From: Paragordius varius
Taxonomy: Eukaryota; Animalia; Nematomorpha
DNA length: 64,000 nucleotides
Direction of reading: 5' to 3'
Assembly (NCBI GenBank): GCA_964247055.1
Contig: OZ176050.1
Coordinates: 14,570,001-14,634,000, forward strand
In this document: piece by piece, positions 23,650 through 36,690 of the stretch
How the letters are laid out: the number at the start of each line of letters is the position of its first letter
Numbering within the stretch: position 1 is the first letter of the stretch
Made by a program: the position numbers and the translations under genes
Notes under the pieces: generated by a model
What the model saw: the letters and a program-made list of their open reading frames with translations, nothing else
What the model was told of the DNA's origin: nothing
The model's database searches: none

Positions 23650-26540
23650 GGGTAAGTGAGAGGGAAGGCAATGGCAAACCACCCTCGTTTATTACTGCCA
23701 AAAAATAGTTTTACTAAATGAACTTAACAAGAATTTTCAAAGTTGGATGCTGGAATGTACGTTCCTTAACATCAACCAAACAGGTGATAATTGAAAAGGA
23801 AATGGAAAGATTGAACATAGATATACTGGCTCTAACGGAAACCAAGCAAAAAGGTAGCGCGAAAGTACAAAACGAAAATTATACATTGTTAAGATCGGGG
23901 AGAGATGACCAGAAATCTGAAGGCGTTGCAGTATTAATAAAAAACAAATTAAATAAAAGTCTCATTAGTTATACACCATATACACCCAGAATCATGAGTA
24001 TTAGGCTGAATGCCAAGCCACTTAAATTTACATACATAGTAGTCTATGCTCCTACGTCAAACGCTCCCAAAGAAGACATAGAGGACTTTTATGCAACGTT
24101 GCAAATAGTTTTGGATGAAACGAAGAAAGGAGATATGATTATCATAGGAGGGGATTGGAACAGCAAAGTTGGTAGAGGTAGAGTAGATCAAACAGTCGGG
24201 CCATATGGATTGGGAGAACGAAACGAGGCCGGGGAAGCACTGATCAATTTTTGTCAAGAAAATGAGATGATGATAACCAACACATGGTTTCCACAACACA
24301 ATAGGAGGTTATACACATGGACCTCTCCATGTGGTAAATATAAGAATCAAATTGATTACATAATGTGTCCTCAAAAATGGAAAAGCTCTATAATCGATAC
24401 CAAAACAAGCAAAAGCAGCGATTGCTCTAGCGATCATGAGCTTTTAATAACCAAAATCAAACTTAAAATAATTAAAAATAAGGTTAAACAGATATACAGA
24501 TATGACACTCGGAACATTCCAAATAGTTTTAGAACAGAAACCAAAGATAGATTAGGAAGATTGGACAATGGATGTAGCTCAGAACAATTATGGGGAACGA
24601 TAAAAAATGTTGTTAATGAAGTGGCAAAAGAAAAAGTGCAGAGAGTAAAGAGGAAAGATAACAAATGGATATCAGAAAAGAGTATAGAGATAGCAGAAAA
24701 GAGGAGAAAAGCTAAATCAAGAGGTGATAATAAAATGGTAAAATTATATAACAAAGAATTTCAACGACAAACAAGGAAGGATTACGAAGATTTTCTTAAT
24801 AAACAATGTCTGGAAGTGGAATTAAATAACAAAAAAGGATTAATGCAACCAATGTTCCAGAAACTGAAGCAAATGACTCACAAACCTTTTATATCATCAC
24901 AAAAGATTAAAAAAGAGAATGGCACCATATTGTGCAAACAAACAGAAGTACGAGAAAGATGGAAGGAATACACCCAAAAACTCTATCAGGCTCCTCAAAC
25001 AAAGGTGTTGCAATTAAAAGAAGAAGAACGTGATCCAGATATATTAAGAGAGGAGGTTGAATTAGCCTTAAGACAAATTCCTAACAACAAAGCGATGGGA
25101 TTAGACAATATCCCAATAGAGTTCATAAAAGCTATTCCCGTTGAAAAGTTACACCAGTTATGTCAAAAGGTGTGGGAAACATGTGAGTGGCCAAACGATT
25201 GGGCATCATCTGTATATCTCCCAATATACAAAAAAGGAGATGTACTCCAATGCGAGAATTATCGGAACATATCTCTTATCAGCCACGCTAGTAAGGTCTT
25301 ACTAAAAGTAATACAAAACAGAATGCACAGTATCATACAGACAGAAATACCAGAAAATCAAGCCGGATTTATGAAGGGAAAAAGCACAAGAGACCATATC
25401 TCAAACATGAGAAGGATAATGGAAACATCAAAAGAGTTCCAGAAAGAATTATACATGTGTTTTATTGATTACAGACAAGCATTCGATTCAATTAACTATG
25501 ACTCCTTGTGGGAAACATTAAAGTTAGTAGGGGTATCGTCTCACTTAATAAGATTGATTAGCTCTCTGTATGTAAAACAAAGAGCGATTATTAGAACACC
25601 AGCGGGGGACACAGACGAAATACCAATCTTGAAAGGAGTCAGACAAGGGTGTTGCTTATCCCCTTATCTGTTCAATATGTGCACAGAAATGATAATGAGG
25701 AAGTTGGATGGTAAAAATATTGGAGTAAGAATAGGAGGGAGAACAATCAATAATTTAAGGTTTGCAGACGATACCACTCTTATAGCTGAAAGTGCAAATG
25801 ATTTGAAGGAATTGATTGAAGAGATTCGAAAGGAAAGTTTGAGGTATGGTCTTAGGCTTAATCCTAACAAAACCAAAATATTATGTACAGGAAAAAAGCC
25901 TACAATTATAATAGAAGGAGTAGAAATAGAAATAGTTAAACAGTTAACGTTTTTGGGCGCAATAATTTCAGAGGATGGGTCTTCAACTCCTGACATCAGA
26001 AAGAGAATAGGATTGGGTAGAGAAGCGATGACCAAATTAATAAAGATTTGGAAAAACAAAAGCGTAGGAGTTGAAACCAAAAAAAGATTACTCTACTGTT
26101 TCGTTCTCCCGGTCACCACATATGGATGAGAGAGTTGGACTCTCAGAAAAAGGGACAAAGAAAGGCTCATGGCTTTTGAAAGGAGCTGCTGGCGTAGGAT
26201 GCTAGGATACACCTGGAAGGATAAAATTAAGAATGAAAGTCTAACTACAGAAATAAAACCTAAAACAAACATCATGGAGATAATTCTAAAAAGAAAGTTA
26301 ACATATTTTGGTCATGTCATGCGATCGAATTCTCTGGAGAAAGATACAATGTTTGGGAAGGTAGAAGGGCAAAGGAAACGAGGCCGACCACCGATGAGGT
26401 GGTTGGATATGATAAAAGAAGAGACCAAAATGACACTGAAAGAGCTCAATATAGCGGTTAAAGATAGAAAAAAATGGAAAGAAATAGTTAAAAATATATC
26501 CAAAAAGTTGTTTACGACTTAGGAAAAACCAACCAACCAA
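23650..26540 (+). mobile_element. RTE-clade LINE, near full length, single ORF with one nonsense codon
   Basis: APE plus RT domains; RTE-type ggaaggcaatggcaaaccac motif just 5' of the ORF; (AACC)n tail at 26527-26540. No clean TSD found. Confidence 0.93.
23718..26522 (+). pseudogene. RTE ORF (apurinic endonuclease + reverse transcriptase, 934 codons) interrupted by TGA at 26127-26129
   Basis: APE motifs GCWNVRSL, GDWNSKVG, NQIDYI, SDHELL. RT motifs PIYKKG, QAGF, FIDYRQAFD, GVRQGCCLSP, RFADD. ORF 26169-26522 is in the same frame; YG*ESW corresponds to the usual YGCESW. Confidence 0.92.
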
Positions 26541-26562
26541 TGCTTTTATTTTTCAATTTTTG

Positions 26563-27117
26563 TGTCATCTGGTTTATGAGTGTAAAATTTTTACTGTTTA
26601 ATTTGGGAATCTGTTAGAAAGGTAATCAATGGAATAAAATGTAAACTTGAAATGATTATTCGGTTTTTTTGTGCTTTATATATACTATTTTTAGGTGAAC
26701 ATATTTTGCATTATAACAATAAAATTTCGAGTTACAAAGGATATGATATTTACATAGTACAAAAAATATAAAAAAGACAATGCAAATCTCACAGAAAATC
26801 ATAATATACAAACAAAATATATATTTAAAATTTGCGTGTAACAGAATCTTACATGAGTGGGAATTACAAAGTATAAAATTTCCGAATAGCATTTAAAAAT
26901 AGTGGAATATCAACCAACAATCCTTACAAATCCCTGTAAAGTCTGTTTTAATAAATAATATATTTTTGTTGGGATTCGTATCGTACGGATTTTTGGTGGA
27001 TATTGCACTACTTTTAAATGTCTATTTAGCATAAATCATATATTTATAAGTCCCACTCATGTAAGAATCCAAAACAATACACTATAAATTTTTTATACAC
27101 TCATAAACCAGATGACA
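26563..27117. mobile_element. Foldback/MITE-like element directly 3' of the LINE
   Basis: Perfect 22-bp inverted repeat tgtcatctggtttatgagtgta (26563-26584 / 27096-27117) and an inner inverted pair around cttacatgagtggga (~26850 / ~27055). Confidence 0.7.
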
Positions 27118-27192
27118 AAAGAATGTAAAAATACACCCTAACATAAACGTATTTTTAAAATTATTTTCTAATACCATTTTTTTCGATTGCAG

Positions 27193-27299
27193 GAATTGGG
27201 TAATATATCCATATTTGAGATGATAGAGTTAAACCAGAAATATGCAACATTAGAAAAATTAAGGGCAATTGAATCAATTGACACAGTGACTGCTCATGA
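27193..27299 (+). other. Isolated exon-like segment (ELGNISIFEMIELNQKYATLEKLRAIESIDTVTAH)
   Basis: tgcag| acceptor, |gtaaga donor, open frame; no partner exons could be joined. Confidence 0.3.
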
Positions 27300-28718
27300 G
27301 TAAGATATATTAGAATATTTAATTTAATAGAAATGATTACTTTTTAATAAAGTAGCTTAAACAATATATAATTTTTGGAGATAAACATTTTGACTAATTT
27401 AGGGAACATTTTTTATCAAAAATATTCCTATGATACTTGATTCATTATTTATATTGTATATAGAAAACTATTAATTTTAGTTACCTCATTAGGAAATTCC
27501 GATTTTACACACAATTTAAACTATAATTTTCTCAATACTGTCATCGAGGGGATTTAGGCATCTCGAGAGTTCAAGAGCAGATTGCGTTTGCAACTGAAAT
27601 TTTTTGTTATTTAAAAGAATAAGCTATTATAATTATATTTGTTAAATATTAAACTACGAGTTTATTAAGGTTATCTATCAAACTAAATCCTTAATTTGCT
27701 AGAAGCTTTTTATTAAATTTTTGGTAATTTAAAACAGGAAAATTATTTTGGTACACTAGCGTAATTTATTTAAAAAATTATACACATTTATGTCATATAG
27801 ACACTCGATTAATAAATAAATTGGCATTTAATTATCTAAAGCCCAATAATTATAATTTTTATAAAAGTGGTGAAACATATAATTAAAATCCGCTCAAACA
27901 CGTCAATTTCCTTGACAAAACGAATTCGATGCATGAACAATCTATATGGTTCATAATAAAAAGCTATCATTAAATTTTAGCAAACTTGTGGAAAAAGCCT
28001 ATAATAAATTGCGATCCCGAAATGCTAAACGTGTTGATATTGGGCGTTATCTGATAATTTAAAAAAAGAATGTCGATAAATCACACACTTTAAAACTTAT
28101 GATGCAACAAAAACACCCCTTTTTAATTAAAAAACTTTTTTCGGGAAGCTAATTTTATCGCACAAACGCGGTTTTTTACACGATTTTAAGCATGCGTAAT
28201 TTAATGATAAGCTTTTAGTTATTAACTTGGTAATAATAGATGGACTTATACTTGAAATGGATACTATACCATTTCCACTTCAAATTCCCCCTTTATAATT
28301 CAAATTTACCCTTAAACAATTTAAATTCACCCTAAATAAATTAAGTGTTTTTTACAGTAAAATCTGAAATTATACGGATAAAACGTAAAAATATCAAAAT
28401 AAGTATTTTTTTTTCAAAAGACAACCATACTTAAAACCTTAATTATTATAATATAAATATTTTACAATCGTAAACTACATAATTGATTGTGCTACCAATT
28501 CACATTTCAATTTTTGTATTGCACTTTATAACAATCCTATTATATTTAAATCAAGATTCAAAAAATATGGTTATCTTTTATAAAAAAAATATTTGTTTTT
28601 ATAATTTAACATTTTGTCCGTATAATTTCAATTTTTACTGTAAGATTGAAAATTATTTATATATTTTATATTTTTATAAAATGAAATTTTGTAAAATCAA
28701 AATAACTATGCCATAAAG

Positions 28719-28751
<33 letters not shown>

Positions 28752-29344
28752 ATGAGTTATGTTAGCCCGAAAACACATAATTTATTTTTAGGGTAAATTT
28801 GAATTGTTCAAGAGTAAATTTGAATTGTTTGAGGGTAAATTTAAATTAAGGGTGTATTCAAATAGTTCAAGGGTGCGTTTGAATTGTAAATGGTATAGAT
28901 TTCTAGAAAATATTTAAAAAATGCATGCCCAATATCTTTAGGTTGAGCTTAGATATTAATTATCAAGGGGTGAGATAGGAATATTTGTATAAAAGTTGCA
29001 AACTATGTGTTTTGGGATACCCAAAGTGAAAGTTTTTTTTGCAAGGATTTTGACAAGGGTCAGCATTCTAACTATTATTGATTATCAGTCCATAGGAATA
29101 TTTCAAGTAAGACGATCTATTATGTAGCATCTCACTCAAACAAAAGGTGATAAAAACAAGGTACAGTTGAGGTCTTGAATAGGTGATGTTTAGAGATTGA
29201 ATCGATATTCAGAAGTAAAAATTATAACGGTATAACATCTAGGAATCTCAATATATAAATAGAATAAGTGTAAAATAGTTAAAACATTTTAATGTATTTT
29301 TGAAACAATTAAAATATATATGTAATTTAATCAATAATATTCAG

Positions 29345-30440
29345 AGAAAACTTCAGTGTACCGTTTAATTTTTAAATGTAAAATGGCAGAGTTTATAGCT
29401 AAGATCCATAAAATTAACCTGAAAAATAATAAACTAAGCCATATCGATACAGTCAAAATGGTAATTATACGGACAAAATGTAAAAATATAAAGACATATA
29501 TTTTTTTCAAGAAATCCACACTTTTTAAACCTTAATATTTTTTATATAAATTATATAATTCCAATTCTAAAATATATAATTGTTTGCTTTACCACTAGTC
29601 ATATCGATTTCATACTTTGCAGTTTAAAACAATGCTTATATTTAAAAATAATCAAGATTTAAAAAGTATGGTTGTCTTTTAAAAAAAATATTTGTCTTTG
29701 TATTTTTATGTTTTGTCCGTATAATTTCAGTTTTTATTGTATATTTCATATTAATGAGTTATATTACCTCGAAAACACACACAATTTATTTTTAGGGTGA
29801 ATTTGAATTGCTCAAGGGTAGATGATTTTTAAATTGTATAAATAGTTATAAAGTTACGAAAGTCTATTTTGGAATAAAACGGTTCAACTTACAAAAAAGT
29901 CCATTAATTAAAAATAAATATTTATTTATAGATGGCTTGAAAGTGATGTTTTTAGGAAAATCTATCGCGGAAATCAGGATACAGGTATGCTTTATATATG
30001 AAATACATAACAAAAGCACTCGCTTTCACAACGATTTCCAAAATATTTAATCAAAAAAAATTGTTAAAGCGCAATCATGTATTAGTTTGGATATTTTGCT
30101 AATATTTGGTTTTACTCTAAAACAACTTTTTTAAATGCTTACAATATAGTCATCCCCATCAGTTTTTTGGACAAAGATTATTATGATAAAGCAAGTCCCA
30201 GGTAGGTAACTTAAAAATTTTAACAAATGGGCACAAATGTCACCATATTTATTATTTGTAAAATTGCTTTTTATTTTAGATTCATAAATATGGCGGGTAT
30301 TGGCATTGAAATTTTGAAGGAATGGACCTTTATTGAACAATGTATATAATATAATGTTGTTAAATATTTAAATTGATCGATATGTATATAAATGGAATCA
30401 CTTCTTACAAATCATTTATTTTTTAGCATGTTCTACTGAG
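29345..30440 (+). pseudogene. Degraded leucine-rich-repeat-like exons (second copy ~51937-53000)
   Basis: IHKINLKNNKLSHI (29404-29445) fits LxxLxLxxNxL. Clean 53-nt exon at 29932-29984 (WLESDVFRKIYRGNQDT). FINMAGIGIEILKEWTF from 30281 is followed by stops. A MITE D copy is inserted after the first segment. Confidence 0.35.
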
Positions 30441-31925
30441 GTAATTAATTTTATATGGTATTTCTTTTTCATCACATAATTTAGATCCGTATACTGCGAC
30501 AAGACCGCAATTTCCAAGCTTTTAAATTGGCGGTGATGGTATGTATTTTTAATATCTGCAATAATTTTTATCAACATGTCTTTTTAACTCATATAAAAGA
30601 GTACTTAATATGGCAGAGAGTTACCATTATTATTCCGATTCAGAAACTGATCGATTGTCTTTCGCAATATAGTTACAATGCTAGTATACATACCCTGAAA
30701 TGCTAATAATTTCAGGTTTAAAGAAGTGAACAATATCAACTGTAAATACAGCATCCTAAAGTAGCCCTTGGCTGTTCTTAGTGCCAAATATATGAAAATA
30801 GTATAGTAGATTAGTGTTAAAAGGATAATTTATCCAAATTTATAAATTATTTTTTAATGATCGTGATATGCGGCGTGAAACTACTGAATGTGCTCATACT
30901 ATTATATTTAAGTATAATTTGGTTTTAAACGGCCTTGATTTTTAGCAATAAACATTTTATTCTTGTCAATATCTAGATATTTGGACGAACAAGAGAAGGG
31001 TGAAATTGATAATTACTAAAATATCATTAAAGCCCCAGCTATGTTTAGGACCAAGCCTTCTGCAAACAATTTTATATTAAATAATTCACTTTCACCCATT
31101 TTTCACTATTTGACTGAATTAAGCTTGTTTTGGGTGTTATAAAGATAAAAGGTGATGTTGGTTGTTTCTTAGATATAAAATTAATAAGTTAAAATTTATC
31201 ATAAAGGCAATGTCTAAGATAAAGCCACCTGTATTCTTTTTTTTTAAAGTTCTCCGTTGACACAATAAGTTATGGCAAGCGTAATTGGATTATTTGTTCT
31301 CAACTTAATTTAATCAATTTAATCTGTGTTGACCGACCCTATTTGTTCAATTGACGGTCTTACTCCCCATAAACGAATGTAAAGAAGATTATTCCATGCC
31401 GCATTTTCAATCTAGTATCTGAATGTTCACGAATGCCTCATTTTCTTTTAAATAAGGAAAAATTATATAGGCGGTTATAACTAGTGCATGCAAAAGGTGA
31501 CCTTAAAGGTATTGTTGGTCTTTAGCAAAATAAAACATCTCTATCAAATTAGAAATATGGAAATTATCAATGTCCTTATTATGCAGAAATTGTCTATAAA
31601 AACACTCTTGAAATATATTTTAAAAGTTAAATTAAAGCAGTGGTAGGCAACAAAAAATTTTAAAGTGCCGAAAAATTTCTTGTTTCCAGGACCTGGGACC
31701 ATACAATATCTATAATAATTTCATACCTTTTTGATACATTTGCAACAATATATACTTCAAAATGGATTAAAAGTTTATTCAAAAATTCAGGGGCATAAAA
31801 AACATATATGGGCCGCATTCTACCATTGGACACCGGGTTTTTGAGTACCAATGATTTAGACGACAAAGAGAAAGAAAGTTGTTTAAAAGATATGCAGCGT
31901 TTTTTTGGCAGTTATTGAATGTGAC

Positions 31926-32465
31926 TAGGGTTGTGCTGACCAAGTCATGACTCGGTCAATTGACCGGGTCATGACCAGGTCAGTGACTATTTATTTTTTG
32001 ACCATGGTCATTTAAAAAAACAGCTGTTGTTTGAAAAATTGCTGTTAAATTTTTTTGGAAGAGAAATAGTAAGATTTTATTGTTTTTTATATATTTTTTA
32101 AAATATATAAATTAAATAAAAATGAAGAAACATTTTATAATTGGATATTTCAGCGATATGTGAAAGTAGGTAAAATTTGATTTGAATCCAGTATTATATT
32201 TTTGAAGATTCAGAAGGCCACAAATGTGGCTAAATTCTTTTGAAACAAAATTCAAAAATTTGATTGAAAATAATTATAAATAATAAATCTTAAAAATGTA
32301 TAATACAAACTTTGAAGAAAAAAACATGACATTAGTGAAACGCAAGTGTCGTTCGAACATTGTTTTCACAATCCTATCGCATGATTATATAAAAAGTGGT
32401 CATGACCATGGTCTGACTGGGTCTGACCGGACTTTTTTGTAAAAGCAGTTAAATGCACAACCCTA
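31926..32465. mobile_element. Non-autonomous hAT-type DNA transposon, 540 bp
   Basis: Perfect 11-bp TIR TAGGGTTGTGC; 8-bp TSD AATGTGAC (31918-31925, 32466-32473); subterminal TGACC/GGTCA repeats; empty site at 54469-54476 in copy B. Confidence 0.92.
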
Positions 32466-35159
32466 AATGTGACATATAGATGAAATACCATATTAAACAA
32501 TAATTTTTTGAATCATTAATGAATTTAGATTCTGAATGAAACATTCAATTATTTGCCACCACATGAATTGCAACAAATATACTATTGGTTCTTTGTCAAA
32601 GCAGGACAGGTATTTTATCATTTAGTTCTTATTGTGTATGATTTTATATTTTAATCTGTTAAATATCGGGCCCTATAAGTATCTTTATAAAATATAAATA
32701 CTATGATAAGAAAATATAACAGAATTAACATGTGTTTTTGGTTTTGACCCCTACAAGTGATAATAGAAAGTTAAATACACTTTTGTGGTAAATCCATATT
32801 AGAAAATAGCAAAATCTCAATTAGTATTACCTTTTTACTTTTTAAATTTACCTATTGGGATGGTTATATATATCCCAGAATTTAATTTTTAAACAAACTA
32901 CAGTGTCTAATGTTATATTGTTCTCAATTAGAAAAAAGCTTATTTCTTTAGTTTCTCACTTTTAAAGTCTAAAAAACACATAATTTATTTTAGGGTGAAT
33001 TTGAATTGTTCAAGTGTGAATTTGAATAAATGGTATAAAAAATTAAACCTAGACAAAATTTATGCTGTAATGCGAAATGATATAAACTATTAAACTTACA
33101 ATTAAATCGAATATATATGCAGATCCAATTAAACAGGATGCCTTTAATAACTCACAAGGGATTTTATCTAACAAAAATTTTTGGACAGTTATGATTTTAA
33201 TATTAGTTTTAAATTTTGCAAACTATTTTTTGATTGTGATTTGATGTGGTTTTGTCTGACGAATATATCAATTTTTTTAACACTTTACAGTTGAGATGTA
33301 TTACACATGCCAACAATTATCACAGAACACCAAGCTATATGAATCACTTTAGGTATATTTTCCTACAGCCCATTATTATCTTACTAATATATTAAATTTA
33401 ATTGATTATCAATACTAGATATTATTATACTTGTTCTTCGTATCTAAAAATGATTGAAATCATTTTCAATAAAGGGTTGATATTAAAAGAAAATAATATC
33501 TACACCTAAAATTAATAAGTTTGCCAAAATTTATTAATATAAATTTTAAGTAATAAGATTTTTGTTTCCCGTTTAATTTCTCTCGTTATAAATTAATTTT
33601 GAAAATAATTAAAGAATTGGATTGATCATATTAGATATATGAAAGAATACTCGGATGTTTTCAATTGTAACGAGTCTCTCCATTATAACTTTGAATTTAA
33701 TTCAACTAATCACTGTCTCGAATACATACGCGTATAACATTAACAATTTAACATTGAGGTGATGGGCTAAATTACTATTCAACACCATTTTTTGATATTT
33801 TATACCCCTCGGTTTTTTATATCAATAATTATTTTCCAAATGATTAATAAATGAAATGATCATATTATTGTTATAATAACATTTTGCCTGCCTTGTTACT
33901 AGAGACAATACCTAAAAAATAAAACACAATTTTAACAAAGAAAACAGTATGAGTAAGTAAGTATAGATTGCTAGAAAGTTATTAATAATTGCCAAATAGT
34001 AAATACAACAAAGGGGTCAGTATTATTGGCTAATAATAGTAAAAAATATTAGCCAATAATATTGCCATTTGTTGTATCTACTATTTGGCAATAGTTAATA
34101 ACTTTCTAGCAATATATATTTGTTCATACTGTAATGTAGTTTATTTTAAATTACTTGAATGCACATATTAATTTTATTTAATGCGGATTAATGCACGATT
34201 CGAAATAAAATTATGCTTATGTTATAAAAAGCTTTAGATTATTGAATATTACAATCTAAGTGTTGTGATTTTCTTTTTTTTGGCTATTAAACAAAATCAA
34301 AAAATTTCTCTATCGCACATTTGGTCAATTAGAATACAATAGAGGTAATACGTTAAATATATATTTTGCTAAATTTAATAACTTTACCCTTTTTATCTAT
34401 GAATTCTTGAGTATTTATGATTTATTTTCATAGCGGAGCATTTTCTAGACAGCATGGTTATATATTATATTTTCACCAACCAACTTGGCAAATATGTTAG
34501 GTTAATTTTTACACCAATTAAAGGACAGATTATTATAAGGAATTGTCAACATGACATCTGTAGGTTTGGGAATATTCATTAGCAATCAATATTGAAAATT
34601 ATCCATTGAAAAAACTTGTATATAAAATGATATTAGGAACACCCATATTTTATAAAAATATATCATGCCTTTTTCCATCAATCACTTTTTAGTAAAACGT
34701 TTTTTGAATTATTCGGCTAATAAGCTACAAAACTTTTAAACTGATTTCAGAAAAATACTATTTAGTTTAATTTCAAACTTTGATGGGAAAGCCTTTAAGG
34801 GAAAAAATGGAGTTTGTTTTCCTACATTTTTAAGTTTAATAAAAACATTCCAAAGACTTAATATATTTTAACTCAACTTAAACAGTGGGATAGTATTAGG
34901 GTTCATCCACATATTTTTCATATGCAGATGCGTTATTGATCTCCATTAAGCTGTAGATAGAAAAGTTCTAACAATTTTATAATCTTTTAAATTTATAATA
35001 CGGAAAACCTTATAAAAACCTTATTATATTACCGATTACATAAGATCCACCATTCAAATGTATATATATAATGTAATAATTTTATTATAAGTGATATGTA
35101 CAAACACACATATTGATTCATATATTATGCTACTGCACTCTTTCCAATTATCTTATTTA

Positions 35160-35479
35160 TTATAAGACAAATGGAATGATAGCTTTACGCGAAGCGTCAG
35201 AGAGTGGACAGCCAAATTTGGCCCGAGCCCAATCTCTTTGCATGAGGGCAGTACAGACCTGATTCGTTACAACGAATATCAGTGTAAACCACCAAGCCTG
35301 ACTGTACCCAAAAAATGAAATGGTAGATTTGGCAGGCCAATACGGTGCTTGAGACGCTATAATAATTAGTGAAATAGCAAGATAAATCCCAATCTCACAG
35401 GTGTAATGTGGACAACTGACCCATCTAAACATAAATTTGTGTGAGGGTAGTTCATAAACTTTGGCATTTGTGATACGAC
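35160..35479 (-). CDS. SRD5A3: SRD5A3/polyprenal reductase-like terminal coding exon, copy A
   Basis: FRWVSCPHYTCEIGIY...WW...VVTNQ...RKAIIPFVL* resembles the steroid 5-alpha-reductase C-terminal domain of SRD5A3/DFG10. Acceptor ttttatag| at 35480/35479. Intact upstream exons were not found. Confidence 0.75.
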
Positions 35480-36474
35480 CTATAAAACGTTGGAAAAATT
35501 TATATAAATTCATAGATAACATTATATAAATTAAAAAAACAGGAGAGCGGATTATGCTCTGTTTAACTAAAAAGATTTGCTATTTATCCTTTTATCCATT
35601 ACACTGTAAAGAAAAATATTATAGAGAAGTAATGGATTGTTTTAAATTAAAGCGGTCCTAGTTTTCCATGAATTTTTGTTTTATTGGGACAAAGTAAAAA
35701 ACAATTTCAATAATGTATAAACTATAAGCTCATTTTCGAAACTAATTTTCAAATAATCACATGCTGTCTCCGTAAATAAATAGATATTGGGCATATCAGC
35801 CCTATAGCATAAATATTAACGTGTGGTTCGAAAACATGTAACCACAGAAAGATTTATTATAAAATATAGTACAGAAAAGATATTGTTTTAATTCTTATAA
35901 ATACTATGCAACACGACTTAAATCGCACCTAATTTGGAAAAGTATAAGATTATATTTATGCTTAATTATTTTTTTGCCTCCTAAATTTTATAGGAAAATT
36001 AAAAAATATCATATATAATTATAATTTTATAGCTCTTTTTGTGCCTTTCAGGCCAGGAATTAAGCAATACCAATGAAAATTACAGGGTTTTGTTTGCAGG
36101 TTAGTGGCAAAAGCGCACTCCCTGGTTAATATAACGGGAATCATTATAAAACGATGCCATAATTAAAAAAATTTAACCTAAAAAATATAGAATGGCTTAT
36201 TAACTGCATTATTTGCATGCTAAATATTTCTGTTTAAAATATTTTTTCATATGCAAAAAAGTAAGAGGGCCATATAGGAGAACCATACGTCCTAAGTTAT
36301 ATTGATGATTATATAAAAATTTAATTGGAATAGAAAAAAATTCATGCTTACAACTCAACTTTTTAACCGATAATTAAAGAGGGAAGGATTTAATAGTAAA
36401 TATAATTGTAGGGCCACCTCATTTTAAAGTGATTTTATCCTTTAAAAGGGAAAAATAAAATATTTTGACATAAT

Positions 36475-36690
36475 TTACAAACCTAAAACAATGTTATAGG
36501 TGTATCCCAAAATAAGATGCAAAACATTAGATTTGGATTTCGGTGAAAATATCAATCATACATAATCGTTGTATTAAATTTCATTGATGTCTGAAACATC
36601 CTTTATAACATAAAAATACTTTATGGCCACCATTCAAATACTTAATGGAATTACCAACCTTATTTCTGCCGGAACAGTCATGTTGTAGTA
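36475..36690 (-). pseudogene. Disrupted upstream SRD5A3-like exon (copy B ~58545-58740)
   Basis: LIFSPKSKSNVLHLILGYT(H) at 36499-36555 / 58561-58617 resembles the recalled IFSxxSKxNLxHYxxGYxHY segment of invertebrate SRD5A3, but is flanked by in-frame stops, with a 4-nt indel between the copies. Confidence 0.4.

Noticed and set aside
26127-26129. UGA recoding (Cys/Sec/Trp) suggested by TGA at a conserved Cys and TGAs in pseudogenes
   Set aside because: Single substitutions explain them. The pseudogenes also contain TAA/TAG and frameshifts, and none of the seven TM9SF2 exons has an in-frame TGA.
24057-26540. Minus-strand ORFs (24057, 24434, 25664, 26093, 26298, 26312)
   Set aside because: Antisense shadows of the RTE ORF with no independent motifs.
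29331-29519. Duplicated minus-strand ORF MDFLKKIYVFIF... (also 51923-52111)
   Set aside because: Spans a MITE end and the antisense of the LRR-like segment; conserved only because it lies in the duplication.
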